64,000 nucleotides of DNA from assembly GCA_902574735.1 (NCBI GenBank), contig CACGOY010000004.1, positions 18,678 to 82,677 on the forward strand. Reading direction: 5' to 3'. Positions within the stretch are counted from its first letter, which is position 1. Every line of letters begins with the position of its first letter. This stretch comes from an uncultured Pelagibacteraceae bacterium. Lineage in GTDB: Bacteria; Pseudomonadota; Alphaproteobacteria; Pelagibacterales; Pelagibacteraceae. Under the pieces are notes generated by a model. It saw only the letters and a program-made list of their open reading frames with translations. It was not told the DNA's origin and did not search any database. This document shows, piece by piece, positions 8,730 to 18,346 of the stretch. The position numbers and the translations under genes are program-made.

Positions 8730-9256
8730 TAATGTCCAGGAAATTCAATTAAATTTTCAACTTTAAAATTCTTCTGTATTAATTTTTCACATCCTCCAAG
8801 GTCAAATAAATTAATTACAAAAACAAATGCAGCTACTTTTCCTTTTGAGATTTCAATTAATTTTGCAGCAGCTTCTGCCGTACCTCCTGTAGCAATTAAA
8901 TCATCAATTATAAGGACATTGTCTTTTTCATTAATCGAGTCTTTGTGCACTTCTATTGTGGCTGTTCCATATTCAAGCTCAAAATCAACAGAATGAACAT
9001 CAGCAGGTAATTTATTTTTCTTACGTAGCATGATGAAAGGTTTTTTTAAAAGATATGAAACTGCAGAAGCAAACACAAATCCTCTTGACTCAATTGCAGC
9101 TATCTTATCAACTTTGTATTTTTTCGATCTTTCAATAATTTGGTTTACAGTCTCTTCAAAAGCTTTTTCATTTTTAATTAGAGTTGTTATGTCTCTAAAT
9201 AAAATGCCTTTTTTAGGATAGTCAGGTATTGACCTAATATATTCTTTTAAATCCAT
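8729..9256 (-). CDS. apt: Adenine phosphoribosyltransferase
   Basis: IPDYPKKGILFRDIT, ESRGF, LEYG, IIDDLIATGGT. Confidence 0.97.
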   Translation of the reverse strand: MDLKEYIRSIPDYPKKGILFRDITTLIKNEKAFEETVNQIIERSKKYKVDKIAAIESRGFVFASAVSYLLKKPFIMLRKKNKLPADVHSVDFELEYGTATIEVHKDSINEKDNVLIIDDLIATGGTAEAAAKLIEISKGKVAAFVFVINLFDLGGCEKLIQKNFKVENLIEFPGH

Positions 9257-9296
9257 ATTACTTAATTATAACTATTAAATAATTAATTTTTTAAAT

Positions 9297-10175
9297 ATGG
9301 CAAATAATAAATTAGCTATAATTGGTGGAAGTGGTCTCTATGATGTTGAGGAATTTAAGGATAGAGAAATGTTAAGTATTGATACATCTTGGGGAAAGCC
9401 GTCGGATCAAATTTTAAAAACAAAATATAATACTAATGAAGTATATTTTTTACCTCGTCACGGTAGAGGTCATTTTATTTCTCCATCAAATATTAATTTT
9501 AGAGCCAATATAGATGCATTAAAACAACTTGGTGTAACAGATATTGTATCTATTTCTGCTGTAGGATCTTTAAAAGAAGATCATTCTCCTGGAAAGTTTG
9601 TAATAGTTGATCAATTTATAGATAGAACATTTGCAAGAAATAAAACTTTTTTTGATGATGAAATAGTAGCTCATGTATCTATGGCTCATCCAACTTCAAA
9701 TGGTTTAATGAATGCATGTGAGGAAGCAATTAAATTAGAAAATATTAATTATCAAAGAGGTGGAACTTATGTAGTCATGGAGGGTCCACAATTTTCTACA
9801 TTAGCTGAGTCTAACTTATATAGATCATGGAAAGCCGATGTGATTGGAATGACAAACATGCCTGAAGCAAAACTCGCAAGAGAAGCTGAAATAAGATACG
9901 CCTCAGTGTCAATGGTAACAGATTATGATTGTTGGCATCCAGATCATGAAAATGTTGATGTACAACAGGTTATTAAAGTCCTGTTAGATAATGCTGCAAA
10001 AGCCAAAAATATGATTAAAAATTTGATCAAAAATTTTGAAAATCACATTGATGCAAATGATCCAACTAATAATTGTTTAGATGTTGCAATTATTACTGCT
10101 CCTGAAAAGAGATCCCAAAAAACAATTGAAAAACTAAAGTATATCGCTGGACGAGTATTAAATAATGAGAATTGA
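9297..10175 (+). CDS. mtnP: S-methyl-5'-thioadenosine phosphorylase
   Basis: IIGGSGLY, LPRHGRGH, MEGPQFST.AES, GMTNMPEAKLARE, VTDYDCW. Confidence 0.93.
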   Translation: MANNKLAIIGGSGLYDVEEFKDREMLSIDTSWGKPSDQILKTKYNTNEVYFLPRHGRGHFISPSNINFRANIDALKQLGVTDIVSISAVGSLKEDHSPGKFVIVDQFIDRTFARNKTFFDDEIVAHVSMAHPTSNGLMNACEEAIKLENINYQRGGTYVVMEGPQFSTLAESNLYRSWKADVIGMTNMPEAKLAREAEIRYASVSMVTDYDCWHPDHENVDVQQVIKVLLDNAAKAKNMIKNLIKNFENHIDANDPTNNCLDVAIITAPEKRSQKTIEKLKYIAGRVLNNEN

Positions 10176-11241
10176 GGGAAAGAATTATAAAACTATATGG
10201 TTTGATAAAAATTCGAAAATTGTCAAAATAATTGATCAGACAAAATTACCTCATGAATTTATTATTAAAGATTTAGAAACTGTTGATGATGCGATTAATG
10301 CAATAAAATTTATGGAGGTAAGAGGGGCTCCATTAATTGGAGCTACAGCAGCATTTGGTATTGTTTTAGCTATTAAAGAAAATAATGATTTAAATTTTAT
10401 AAAAAAAAGTGCTGAAGTTTTAGTTAAAGCAAGACCTACTGCAATTAATCTTCAATGGGCCGTTCATAGAATGAACAACAAAATCTCTATGGTTAAATCT
10501 GAAAATCTATTTGATGTTGCTTTAAAAGAAGCTGAGTTAATTTGTGATGAAGATGAAACATTTTGTGAGGAGATAGGAAAAAATGGTCTCAAGTTAATAG
10601 AGGAAATTTATAATAAGAAAAAAAGCACTATAAATATACTAACACATTGTAATGCCGGTTGGTTAGCAACTATTAATTGGGGTACGGCTACATCTCCAAT
10701 ATATCATGCACATAAAAAAGGTATTCCAATTCATATTTGGGTCGATGAGACAAGACCCAGAAATCAAGGTGCTAATTTAACCTCATATGAACTTAATGAA
10801 GAAGAAATACCAAACACAATAATTGCAGATAATACAGGTGGAATTTTAATGCAAAGGGGACAGGTCGATATGTGTATTGTTGGTACTGATAGAACATTGT
10901 CTAATGGAGATGTCTGTAATAAAATCGGAACCTACCTTAAAGCACTTGCAGCAAATGATAATAATGTCCCTTTCTATGTTGCATTACCTAGCTCAACAAT
11001 TGATTGGAATTTAAAAAATTCAAAAGATATTCCAATTGAAGAGAGAGATCCTAAAGAGCTTTCTCATGTAGATGGAATAATAGGAGAGAAAATAATTGAT
11101 GGAATTCAAATTTATCCTAAAAAAAGTAAAGCATTAAATTTAGCTTTCGATGTTACGCCAGCAAAATATGTTACTGCTTTAATTACAGAGCGAGGAATAT
11201 GTGAAGCATCTGAAGATGGCCTTAAAAGATTATTTAAATGA
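10165..11241 (+). CDS. mtnA: Methylthioribose-1-phosphate isomerase
   Basis: VRGAPLIG, RPTAINL, LTHCNAGWLAT, DETRPRNQGA, NKIGTY. Confidence 0.95.
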   Translation: MRIEGKNYKTIWFDKNSKIVKIIDQTKLPHEFIIKDLETVDDAINAIKFMEVRGAPLIGATAAFGIVLAIKENNDLNFIKKSAEVLVKARPTAINLQWAVHRMNNKISMVKSENLFDVALKEAELICDEDETFCEEIGKNGLKLIEEIYNKKKSTINILTHCNAGWLATINWGTATSPIYHAHKKGIPIHIWVDETRPRNQGANLTSYELNEEEIPNTIIADNTGGILMQRGQVDMCIVGTDRTLSNGDVCNKIGTYLKALAANDNNVPFYVALPSSTIDWNLKNSKDIPIEERDPKELSHVDGIIGEKIIDGIQIYPKKSKALNLAFDVTPAKYVTALITERGICEASEDGLKRLFK

Positions 11242-11870
11242 ACAAGCTAAAGTCAGAAATAATTAAATTTTCAAAGTTGTTAAATAGCAGAAAATTATCA
11301 GCTCTTAGATCTGGCAATATCTCAGTAAGGTTTAAAAAAGGTTTTTTAATTACACCTTCTGGAAAGAAATATTCATCCCTTAAAAACAAAGATATTGTGT
11401 ATGTAAGTTTAAATGGAAAATTTGATAAAAAATTAGGAATACCATCCTCTGAGTGGAAATTTCATCAAGATATTTATATAAATAAGGAAGAAGCTAATGC
11501 AATAGTGCATTCACATTCAACTAATGCCACTGCATTATCAGTTCATAAAAAATCAATTCCAGCTTTTCATTACATGGTAGCCTTAGCAGGCGGAAATGAC
11601 ATCAAATGTGCAAACTATGCAACCTATGGTACAAGAAAGCTTTCAGTAAATATTTTAAAAGCTTTAAAAAATAGAAAAGCTTGTTTGATTTCAAATCACG
11701 GTCAAATTGCATATGATTATAATTTGTCCAAAGCTTTTGAATTAGCTGAAGAGGTTGAAAATCTCTCTTTGCAGTATATAACGGCACTCAAGATTGGTAA
11801 GCCAAAAATTCTTTCAAATGTCGAAATGAATAAAGTATTGGCGAAGGCTAAAAACTATAAGAGAGGATAA
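11238..11870 (+). CDS. Class II aldolase (FucA-like; probable methylthio/deoxy-ribulose-1-phosphate aldolase, Ald2/SalC type)
   Basis: SGNIS, PSSEWKFH, HSHS, NHG metal ligands; AFHYMVALAGG..I.CA.YAT.GT; follows mtnP-mtnA. Confidence 0.8.
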   Translation: MNKLKSEIIKFSKLLNSRKLSALRSGNISVRFKKGFLITPSGKKYSSLKNKDIVYVSLNGKFDKKLGIPSSEWKFHQDIYINKEEANAIVHSHSTNATALSVHKKSIPAFHYMVALAGGNDIKCANYATYGTRKLSVNILKALKNRKACLISNHGQIAYDYNLSKAFELAEEVENLSLQYITALKIGKPKILSNVEMNKVLAKAKNYKRG

Positions 11871-11873
11871 TTT

Positions 11874-12914
11874 ATGACTAAAGTAGGAGAACATATTACT
11901 TTAGATATAATTGGTGCAAATAAAGAGTACGAACCCGCTTTCTTTGAAAAATTAGTTTATAAAATTGCAAAAGTTGCAAAAGTAACAGTTTTAGAAATTT
12001 CAAAATATAAATTTGAACCTCAAGGCTTTACACTTGTGGCACTTCTTGCAGAAAGTCATATAAGTTTTCACACTTTTCCTGAAAAAGGTATAATTAGCTT
12101 TGATTTCTTTACGTGTGGAAAAGTTTCACCTTCAGTTGCATTAAAGATTATAAAAGAAGAAATTCAACATACAAATATAATTAAAAAAGAATTCAATAGA
12201 GATACAATTGATCTTTACCATGATAATTATAGCTCACCTGGTTTAAACAAAGCATATGTAGTTAATAAAGTTTTAGAAAATTTTAAATCTAAAGTTGGTC
12301 AATATATTGAAATTCTTGATTTAGAGCAATTTGGAAAAGCATTATTTATTGATAACGAAATACAAGTTGCTGAAAGTGATGAGCATCTTTACAGCTCAAC
12401 ATTTGTTAATTCTGGTCTTAAATTAAACCCAAAAAAAGAAAAAGCTGCAATTATTGGTGGAGGAGATGGTGGAGTTGCAAGAGAATGTATTTCACAAAAC
12501 TTTGGTTTTATAGATTGGTTTGAATTGGATCCTGAGGTTGTTGATGTATGTGATAAACATTTAAGTAAAATAGGTGAAAAGGCTACTGAAAAAAATTCAG
12601 TAAAGTGTGTATGGGGAGATGCTTTTGAAAGTATAAAATCTGTTAAAGATGATACTTACGATCAAATATTTGTTGATTTAAATGATGATCAATTTTGTAT
12701 AGATCTTGCAGCAAAAAATATGGAGTCTTTAGTGAGAATATTAAAACCTAAAGGAGTTATTACAGCGCAGGTTGGAAGCCAAGATAAAAAACCAAAACAG
12801 GTAGATAGTTGGTTAAATGTTTTTAATGAAAATTTTGGAAATACACAACTTTCAAGAGTTTATATCCCAAGTTTTGATTGTGCTTGGAACTTTTCTTCAT
12901 CAATAAATCATTAA
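11874..12914 (+). CDS. speDE: Fused S-adenosylmethionine decarboxylase / aminopropyltransferase (SpeD-SpeE)
   Basis: N-terminal FEPQG..LLAESHISFHTFPE (pyruvoyl site), DFFTCG; C-terminal IIGGGDGGVARE, ELDPEV. Confidence 0.9.
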   Translation: MTKVGEHITLDIIGANKEYEPAFFEKLVYKIAKVAKVTVLEISKYKFEPQGFTLVALLAESHISFHTFPEKGIISFDFFTCGKVSPSVALKIIKEEIQHTNIIKKEFNRDTIDLYHDNYSSPGLNKAYVVNKVLENFKSKVGQYIEILDLEQFGKALFIDNEIQVAESDEHLYSSTFVNSGLKLNPKKEKAAIIGGGDGGVARECISQNFGFIDWFELDPEVVDVCDKHLSKIGEKATEKNSVKCVWGDAFESIKSVKDDTYDQIFVDLNDDQFCIDLAAKNMESLVRILKPKGVITAQVGSQDKKPKQVDSWLNVFNENFGNTQLSRVYIPSFDCAWNFSSSINH

Positions 12915-12973
12915 TTTTTCTTTTTAAATATCAATATTTGTGAAATAATAAATTTTATTATTTTGGAGGAAAA

Positions 12974-13825
12974 ATGAATAAATTTAAAACATTAGGATTA
13001 GGAATTTTAATTTCCTTTTTCTTAACTATCTCTTCAAATGCAGACTCTATTAAAATTGGAACAGAAGGCGCTTACCCTCCTTGGAATTCTAAAGATGCTT
13101 CCGGAAACCTAATTGGTTTTGAAGTTGAGCTTGCAAATGAACTATGCAAAATCATGAAAGCCGAGTGTACAATCGTCGAACAGGATTGGGATGGAATGAT
13201 CCCAGCTCTATTAATGAGAAAATTTGATGCGATCATGGCTGGTATGTCGATTACTGCAGAAAGACAAAAAACAATTACTTTTTCTCAAGGTTATGCTGAT
13301 GAGGTTGCTTCTTTAGCAGTAATGAAAGGATCTGATCTTGAAGGAATGGATACGCCAGAAGGTATAAATTTATCTTTAGGTGGATCGGATGTAAAAAAAG
13401 CTCTTAAAACACTTACAGGTGCATTAGCTGGTAAAACAGTTTGTGTACAAACAGCTACCATTCACCAAAACTTCTTAGATTCAGGTGATGTAGGAAGTGT
13501 AAATGTTAGAACTTACAAAACTCAAGATGAAGTTAACCTTGATTTAGCTTCAGGTAGATGTGATGCTGCACTAGCAGCAGCTGTTGCTTTTACTGATTAT
13601 GCTGATAAATCTGGTAAACCAGTTGTTCTAGTTGGACCTACTTTTTCAGGCGGTGCATTTGGAAATGGAGTAGGTGTTGGAATTAGACAAGGCGGAGATG
13701 ATGCTATCGGAAAAAGAGATGCTAAACTTCTAAAAGATTTCAACAAAGCGATTGATAAAGCAAGAAAACAAGGAATTATTAGCAAACTTGCTATTAAACA
13801 CTTTGGTTTCGACGCTTCTATGTAA
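12974..13825 (+). CDS. Polar/basic amino acid ABC substrate-binding protein (OccT/ArgT-like)
   Basis: Signal peptide; GTEGAYPPWN, QDWDGMIPAL, AGMSITAER. Confidence 0.88.
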   Translation: MNKFKTLGLGILISFFLTISSNADSIKIGTEGAYPPWNSKDASGNLIGFEVELANELCKIMKAECTIVEQDWDGMIPALLMRKFDAIMAGMSITAERQKTITFSQGYADEVASLAVMKGSDLEGMDTPEGINLSLGGSDVKKALKTLTGALAGKTVCVQTATIHQNFLDSGDVGSVNVRTYKTQDEVNLDLASGRCDAALAAAVAFTDYADKSGKPVVLVGPTFSGGAFGNGVGVGIRQGGDDAIGKRDAKLLKDFNKAIDKARKQGIISKLAIKHFGFDASM

Positions 13826-13835
13826 ATATTTCAGA

Positions 13836-13864
13836 TTTGGCGACTATATATTATAGTCGCCAAA
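13836..13864 (+). terminator. Intercistronic hairpin after SBP gene
   Basis: tttggcgactata-tat-tatagtcgccaaa, perfect 13-bp stem; no U-tract, so may be an mRNA stabiliser rather than a terminator. Confidence 0.65.
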
Positions 13865-13868
13865 ATCT

Positions 13869-14561
13869 ATGGAACTTCTCGCATTTGGCAAAACTGGTTG
13901 GGGTGATGAGTTATTTTATGCAACCCTAATGACTTTAGCTGTTTCAATAACAGCTATGTTAATTGGATTTTTCTTTGCACTTATTTTTACCCCTTTTAAA
14001 TTATCAAAACACAAATCACTAAATTTAATTGGTAATTTTTACACAACAGTTATAAGAGGCGTTCCAGAATTATTAGTAATTTATCTTTTCTTTTTTGGCG
14101 GAAGCGGAGCAATAATGTTTGTTGCCTCTATGTTTGGATATTATGAATATATTGAAATTAATGCATTTATTACAGGTTCATTTGCAATAGGTATTATTTC
14201 AGGTGCATATTCAACAGAGGTATTTAGAGGAGCTATACAGTCAATAGATAAAGGTCAGTTTGAAGCTTCAAAAGTTTTGGGGATAAAAAAACATATTCAA
14301 TTTTATAAAATTATCCTTCCTCAAATGTTAAGACTTGCAATTCCAAATCTAAGCAATGTTTGGCAAATTACATTAAAAGATACCTCCTTAATTTCAGTAA
14401 CAGGTTTAGTTGAAATTATGAGACAATCATATATCGCTGCTGGATCAACTAGAGATCCTTTGTTTTTTTACTCATTTGCAGCAGTTCTATATTTATTATT
14501 AACTTACTTGAGTATGAAAATAATAAACAAATTGGAAGTTAAATATAGTAGGGAATTTTAA
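13869..14561 (+). CDS. Amino acid ABC permease (OccQ/HisQ-like)
   Basis: RGVPELL, GQFEASKVLG EAA loop, LKDTSL. Confidence 0.9.
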   Translation: MELLAFGKTGWGDELFYATLMTLAVSITAMLIGFFFALIFTPFKLSKHKSLNLIGNFYTTVIRGVPELLVIYLFFFGGSGAIMFVASMFGYYEYIEINAFITGSFAIGIISGAYSTEVFRGAIQSIDKGQFEASKVLGIKKHIQFYKIILPQMLRLAIPNLSNVWQITLKDTSLISVTGLVEIMRQSYIAAGSTRDPLFFYSFAAVLYLLLTYLSMKIINKLEVKYSREF

Positions 14562-15239
14562 ATGGATTTTGAATTGATGATTGGTAGCTTTCCAAAGTTA
14601 TTAAGTGCAACTGTAATTACTCTAAAGCTATTGTCATTATCCTTATTTTTTGGATTGTTTATTGGTTTACTTTTTGCAATTTTAAGAATGAATAAAAATC
14701 CAATTATAAATAAATTTGCATATGGATACTCCTACGTTTTTAGAGGTACACCATTATTGGTTCAAATATTTATTATTTATTTTGGACTTGGACAAATTGA
14801 ATACTTAAGATCAACTTTTTTATGGGTGATACTCAAAGAGCCATATTGGTGTGCAATTATTGCCTTTGCATTAAATACAGGTGCATACACATCAGAAATA
14901 TTAAGATCAGCTTTTCAAACAATAAAACCTGGATTAATAGAAGCTGGAAAAAGTCTTGGTATACCAAACAAAGTAATTTTTTATAAAATACAAATACCTA
15001 TAGCGATTAAACAATCATTACCAGCTTATGGAAATGAAATAATATTAATGCTTAAAGGAACATCCCTTGCAAGTACAGTAACATTGATGGATCTTACAGG
15101 TGTTGCAAAATATATTATTTCAACAACTTTTAAACCAATTGAGGTATTTATTGTAGCCGGTGGAATTTATTTATTTATGACTTTTTGCGTTCATAATTTA
15201 ATAAAGTTTCTTGAAAAAAAATATGGTTTTCAAACTTAG
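14562..15239 (+). CDS. Amino acid ABC permease (OccM/HisM-like)
   Basis: FRGTPLLVQ, LNTGAYTSEI, PAYGNEII. Confidence 0.9.
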   Translation: MDFELMIGSFPKLLSATVITLKLLSLSLFFGLFIGLLFAILRMNKNPIINKFAYGYSYVFRGTPLLVQIFIIYFGLGQIEYLRSTFLWVILKEPYWCAIIAFALNTGAYTSEILRSAFQTIKPGLIEAGKSLGIPNKVIFYKIQIPIAIKQSLPAYGNEIILMLKGTSLASTVTLMDLTGVAKYIISTTFKPIEVFIVAGGIYLFMTFCVHNLIKFLEKKYGFQT

Positions 15240-16546
15240 AATTTTAAATATATACGTTTGAAATAAAATCCTAAAGTAAAAGCTCTTAAAAATAAAAACA
15301 TTGTAAAAGCAATCCATAAACCCAGATTTCCAAAATTTTGGACTAAAAAATAAGAAGAAAATAAATACAATATCACCGAAATAAACATTGCATCTCTAAG
15401 CTCTTTAGTTTGTGAAGCACCAATAAAGATCCCATCAAATTGATAACAAAACGAGGATATGAAAGGCAATAAAATCAGCCAAATTGAAAACTGATAACTA
15501 ATATTTTTAACACTTTCTATATCAGTCATAAAATTAATGAATGCATTATTTACAAAAAAATAAATAAAAGAAATTACTGCTCCAGTAAATGAGCTCAATA
15601 TAAATGAGTTTTTGACTGTATTTGAAAATAACTTTTTATTTTTTTTACCAACTGAAAATCCAATTATACCTTCTGTTGAAAAAGCATATGAATCTAAGAT
15701 AAATGCGGAGAGAAATATTAGGTTAATTAAAATTGTGTTAGCAGCTATATACTCTTCTCCAATTTTACTACTTAGGTATGTAAACCAAAAGAAAGAAAAA
15801 GTTAATAAAATTGTTCTTAGAAATATATTTAAGTTTATTTCAATTAAACTTTTAATTTTAGAAATATTTAAAATTTCTTTAATATTTAAATTAATTTTCT
15901 TGTATCTTTTTAAGAAATGAAAACTGTAAGTTAAAAATATAAGGGAGGTTGCAATGGTAGCTAATAGAGTTCCATACGCAACACCTTTAATATTTAGATC
16001 ATATTCTAATACCAATATTGTACTTATTAAAATATTTAAAATTGATAAACTCCCAATTGCAAAACTTGATATTTTGGTTTTTTGTAATCCTATAAATAAA
16101 CCAATTATAATATAAATAATTAATTCAAATATTGATGAATAAATTCTAATATCAAAATAAACCTTAAAGTTTCTTTCTGTTTCTTTGGATAAATCAAAAA
16201 AAAATAAACATAAACTAAAAATCTGTTCTTTAAAAATTATTAAGAACAATGATATTAAAATTACAAAAAATAAATTTCTAAAAATTAAATTTAAAATACT
16301 TTTATAATCTTTTTTTCCGTATGATTGACTTACAATCCCAACTGTTCCCATTCTTAAAAAACCAAAACTCCAAAAAATTAATGAAAAAAAACTCGTAGCT
16401 ACACTTGTTGCAGCTAAGAAACTTTTGTTACCTGAATTCCCCATTAATGCTGTATCAACAATACCAACAAGTGGAATTGCAAGATTTGCAAAAAAAATAG
16501 GAATAGATAAGGTTATTATATATTTGATTGATGACTTATCACTCAC
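15236..16546 (-). CDS. MATE family efflux transporter (DinF-like)
   Basis: PLVGIVDTA, FGFLRMGT.G, DGIFIGA. Confidence 0.9.
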   Translation of the reverse strand: MSDKSSIKYIITLSIPIFFANLAIPLVGIVDTALMGNSGNKSFLAATSVATSFFSLIFWSFGFLRMGTVGIVSQSYGKKDYKSILNLIFRNLFFVILISLFLIIFKEQIFSLCLFFFDLSKETERNFKVYFDIRIYSSIFELIIYIIIGLFIGLQKTKISSFAIGSLSILNILISTILVLEYDLNIKGVAYGTLLATIATSLIFLTYSFHFLKRYKKINLNIKEILNISKIKSLIEINLNIFLRTILLTFSFFWFTYLSSKIGEEYIAANTILINLIFLSAFILDSYAFSTEGIIGFSVGKKNKKLFSNTVKNSFILSSFTGAVISFIYFFVNNAFINFMTDIESVKNISYQFSIWLILLPFISSFCYQFDGIFIGASQTKELRDAMFISVILYLFSSYFLVQNFGNLGLWIAFTMFLFLRAFTLGFYFKRIYLKF

Positions 16547-16553
16547 TAAAAGA

Positions 16554-16943
16554 TCAGTAACTTGTATATTCTTTTATTTCTTTAATTTTTGAGCCTGTAT
16601 GATTGTTTATCTCCAATTTTATTTTAGCTCTTTCATCATTTAAGAAATGTACATCTCTTGATAGTTTTATAAATTCATCACCAAAATCTGAATTTTTTTC
16701 ACATAATCTCTTATCATCCTCTATTACCCAAAGCTTATTATTAATTTCTTTAAGGAATTTAAATAAGCTATCAACTTTTTCGTCAGATTTTACATTTTTG
16801 AGAAATTGATCTTTAAGTACTTCATGTTCATTATTTATAAACCTAAGTTTTTCAGGATCCTTAATTTTTTCTTTTTTAATTTCTAAAATTGAAATTTTAT
16901 CTAAAAGCTCACCAACAGAGACCTCAACTACTATTTTATTCAT
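16554..16943 (-). CDS. DUF6165-family protein
   Basis: VSVGELLDKISILEIK...LWVIED..R...NDERA.IK pattern. Confidence 0.75.
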   Translation of the reverse strand: MNKIVVEVSVGELLDKISILEIKKEKIKDPEKLRFINNEHEVLKDQFLKNVKSDEKVDSLFKFLKEINNKLWVIEDDKRLCEKNSDFGDEFIKLSRDVHFLNDERAKIKLEINNHTGSKIKEIKEYTSY

Positions 16944-16975
16944 AATTTTTTATACTGTGTTAAGTTGTTACAAAT

Positions 16976-17917
16976 ATGTCTAATATATTAATTATTAAAC
17001 ACGGTTCATTAGGCGATATAGCTCAAGCAAGTGGTGTAATTCAAGATATTTCTGAAAATCATAAAGATGATGATATATTTATTTTGACAACAAAACCTTA
17101 CTTAGAATTATTTAGAAAAAATCCGTATATTAAAGAGCCTATTTTAGATAGGCGATTATCAAGATTTAATCTTTTTTACCTATATTCATTAATGAGAAGC
17201 TTAAAAAAGTATAATTTTTTAAAAATATATGATTTACAAAATTCAAATAGAACATCCTTCTATAAAAATATCCTTTTTAAAAATTCTAAAAAAAATATTT
17301 GGTCATCGTCTTTAACAACTTTGCCAGAGGGTAAAACAAAAGAAGAATTTGATAAGCTTTCAGTTTTAGATCGTTTTGATCATCAAATTAGAACCTCTAA
17401 TTTAATTTCAAAACATACTCTTTACCCGGATTTTTCATGGGCCTGTTCTGATATTACAAATCTTAAAAATAAATACAATTTGAATAAATATATTTTGCTT
17501 TTCCCATTTTGTTCACCACACCTAACTATAAAAAGATGGCCGTACTATAATGAACTTTCAAACAAAATTAAGAATGAATTTAAAGATGAATATAAGATAA
17601 TAGTTGCACCCGGACCAGAAGAAATAAAAGAAGCGTCGAATATAAACGCTGAATGTATCTTGGATAATGAAAAATCTTTAAATATTTCTAAATTAGCATC
17701 ACTGATAAAAGATAGTACATTTGTAATTGCAAATGATACTGGCCCTGCTCATATAACTGCTCACTTAGGTGTTAGAGGACTTGCATTATTTGGTCCACAT
17801 AAATCTGCAAAACTTGTAAGTATAGAAAGAGATAAATTTAGAGCAATTCAAGTTGAAGATTTAAATAAATTATCCGCAGATAAGGTATTTGAAAGAATGT
17901 TGGAGTTGTTAGCATAA
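16976..17917 (+). CDS. Glycosyltransferase family 9 (heptosyltransferase-like)
   Basis: IIKHGSLGD, YDLQ, ANDTGPAH, ALFGP. Confidence 0.88.
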   Translation: MSNILIIKHGSLGDIAQASGVIQDISENHKDDDIFILTTKPYLELFRKNPYIKEPILDRRLSRFNLFYLYSLMRSLKKYNFLKIYDLQNSNRTSFYKNILFKNSKKNIWSSSLTTLPEGKTKEEFDKLSVLDRFDHQIRTSNLISKHTLYPDFSWACSDITNLKNKYNLNKYILLFPFCSPHLTIKRWPYYNELSNKIKNEFKDEYKIIVAPGPEEIKEASNINAECILDNEKSLNISKLASLIKDSTFVIANDTGPAHITAHLGVRGLALFGPHKSAKLVSIERDKFRAIQVEDLNKLSADKVFERMLELLA

Positions 17918-17920
17918 AAA

Positions 17921-18337
17921 TTAAGTGTAGATTTTATCTGCTAAACCATAACAAAGAATAGCACTTAAAATAGTTAATACTCCTGGCGCAATTACACCTT
18001 CAATTGAAGTTTTATCTGTGTGACCTAATTTACTGATCTTAATTGCATAAATACCAATTAAGAACGCCATTAAATTTTGTACAAATATCAAATTAAAAAA
18101 TCCCCAGGTATTTTCAACACCTCCAGATCTTATAAACATAATATAAATAGCCATTAAAACTGATCCAAGAAAGAATGATCCAAAAAATCTTGTCATGATA
18201 GCTCCAGTTTTGTCCATTGCGTATTGATCTAAAAAAGATTGAGTAGCAAAAATACATCTATATGCGTAGAAAGCGTAACCAAGAAAATGAACAACGTATA
18301 CAACTAGGTAAAATATTCCGTTAAATTTATCTATCAT
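17921..18337 (-). CDS. Hypothetical 4-TM membrane protein
   Basis: 138-aa ORF with four hydrophobic segments, in operon with GT4. Confidence 0.7.
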   Translation of the reverse strand: MIDKFNGIFYLVVYVVHFLGYAFYAYRCIFATQSFLDQYAMDKTGAIMTRFFGSFFLGSVLMAIYIMFIRSGGVENTWGFFNLIFVQNLMAFLIGIYAIKISKLGHTDKTSIEGVIAPGVLTILSAILCYGLADKIYT

Positions 18338-18346
18338 ACTTTAAAC

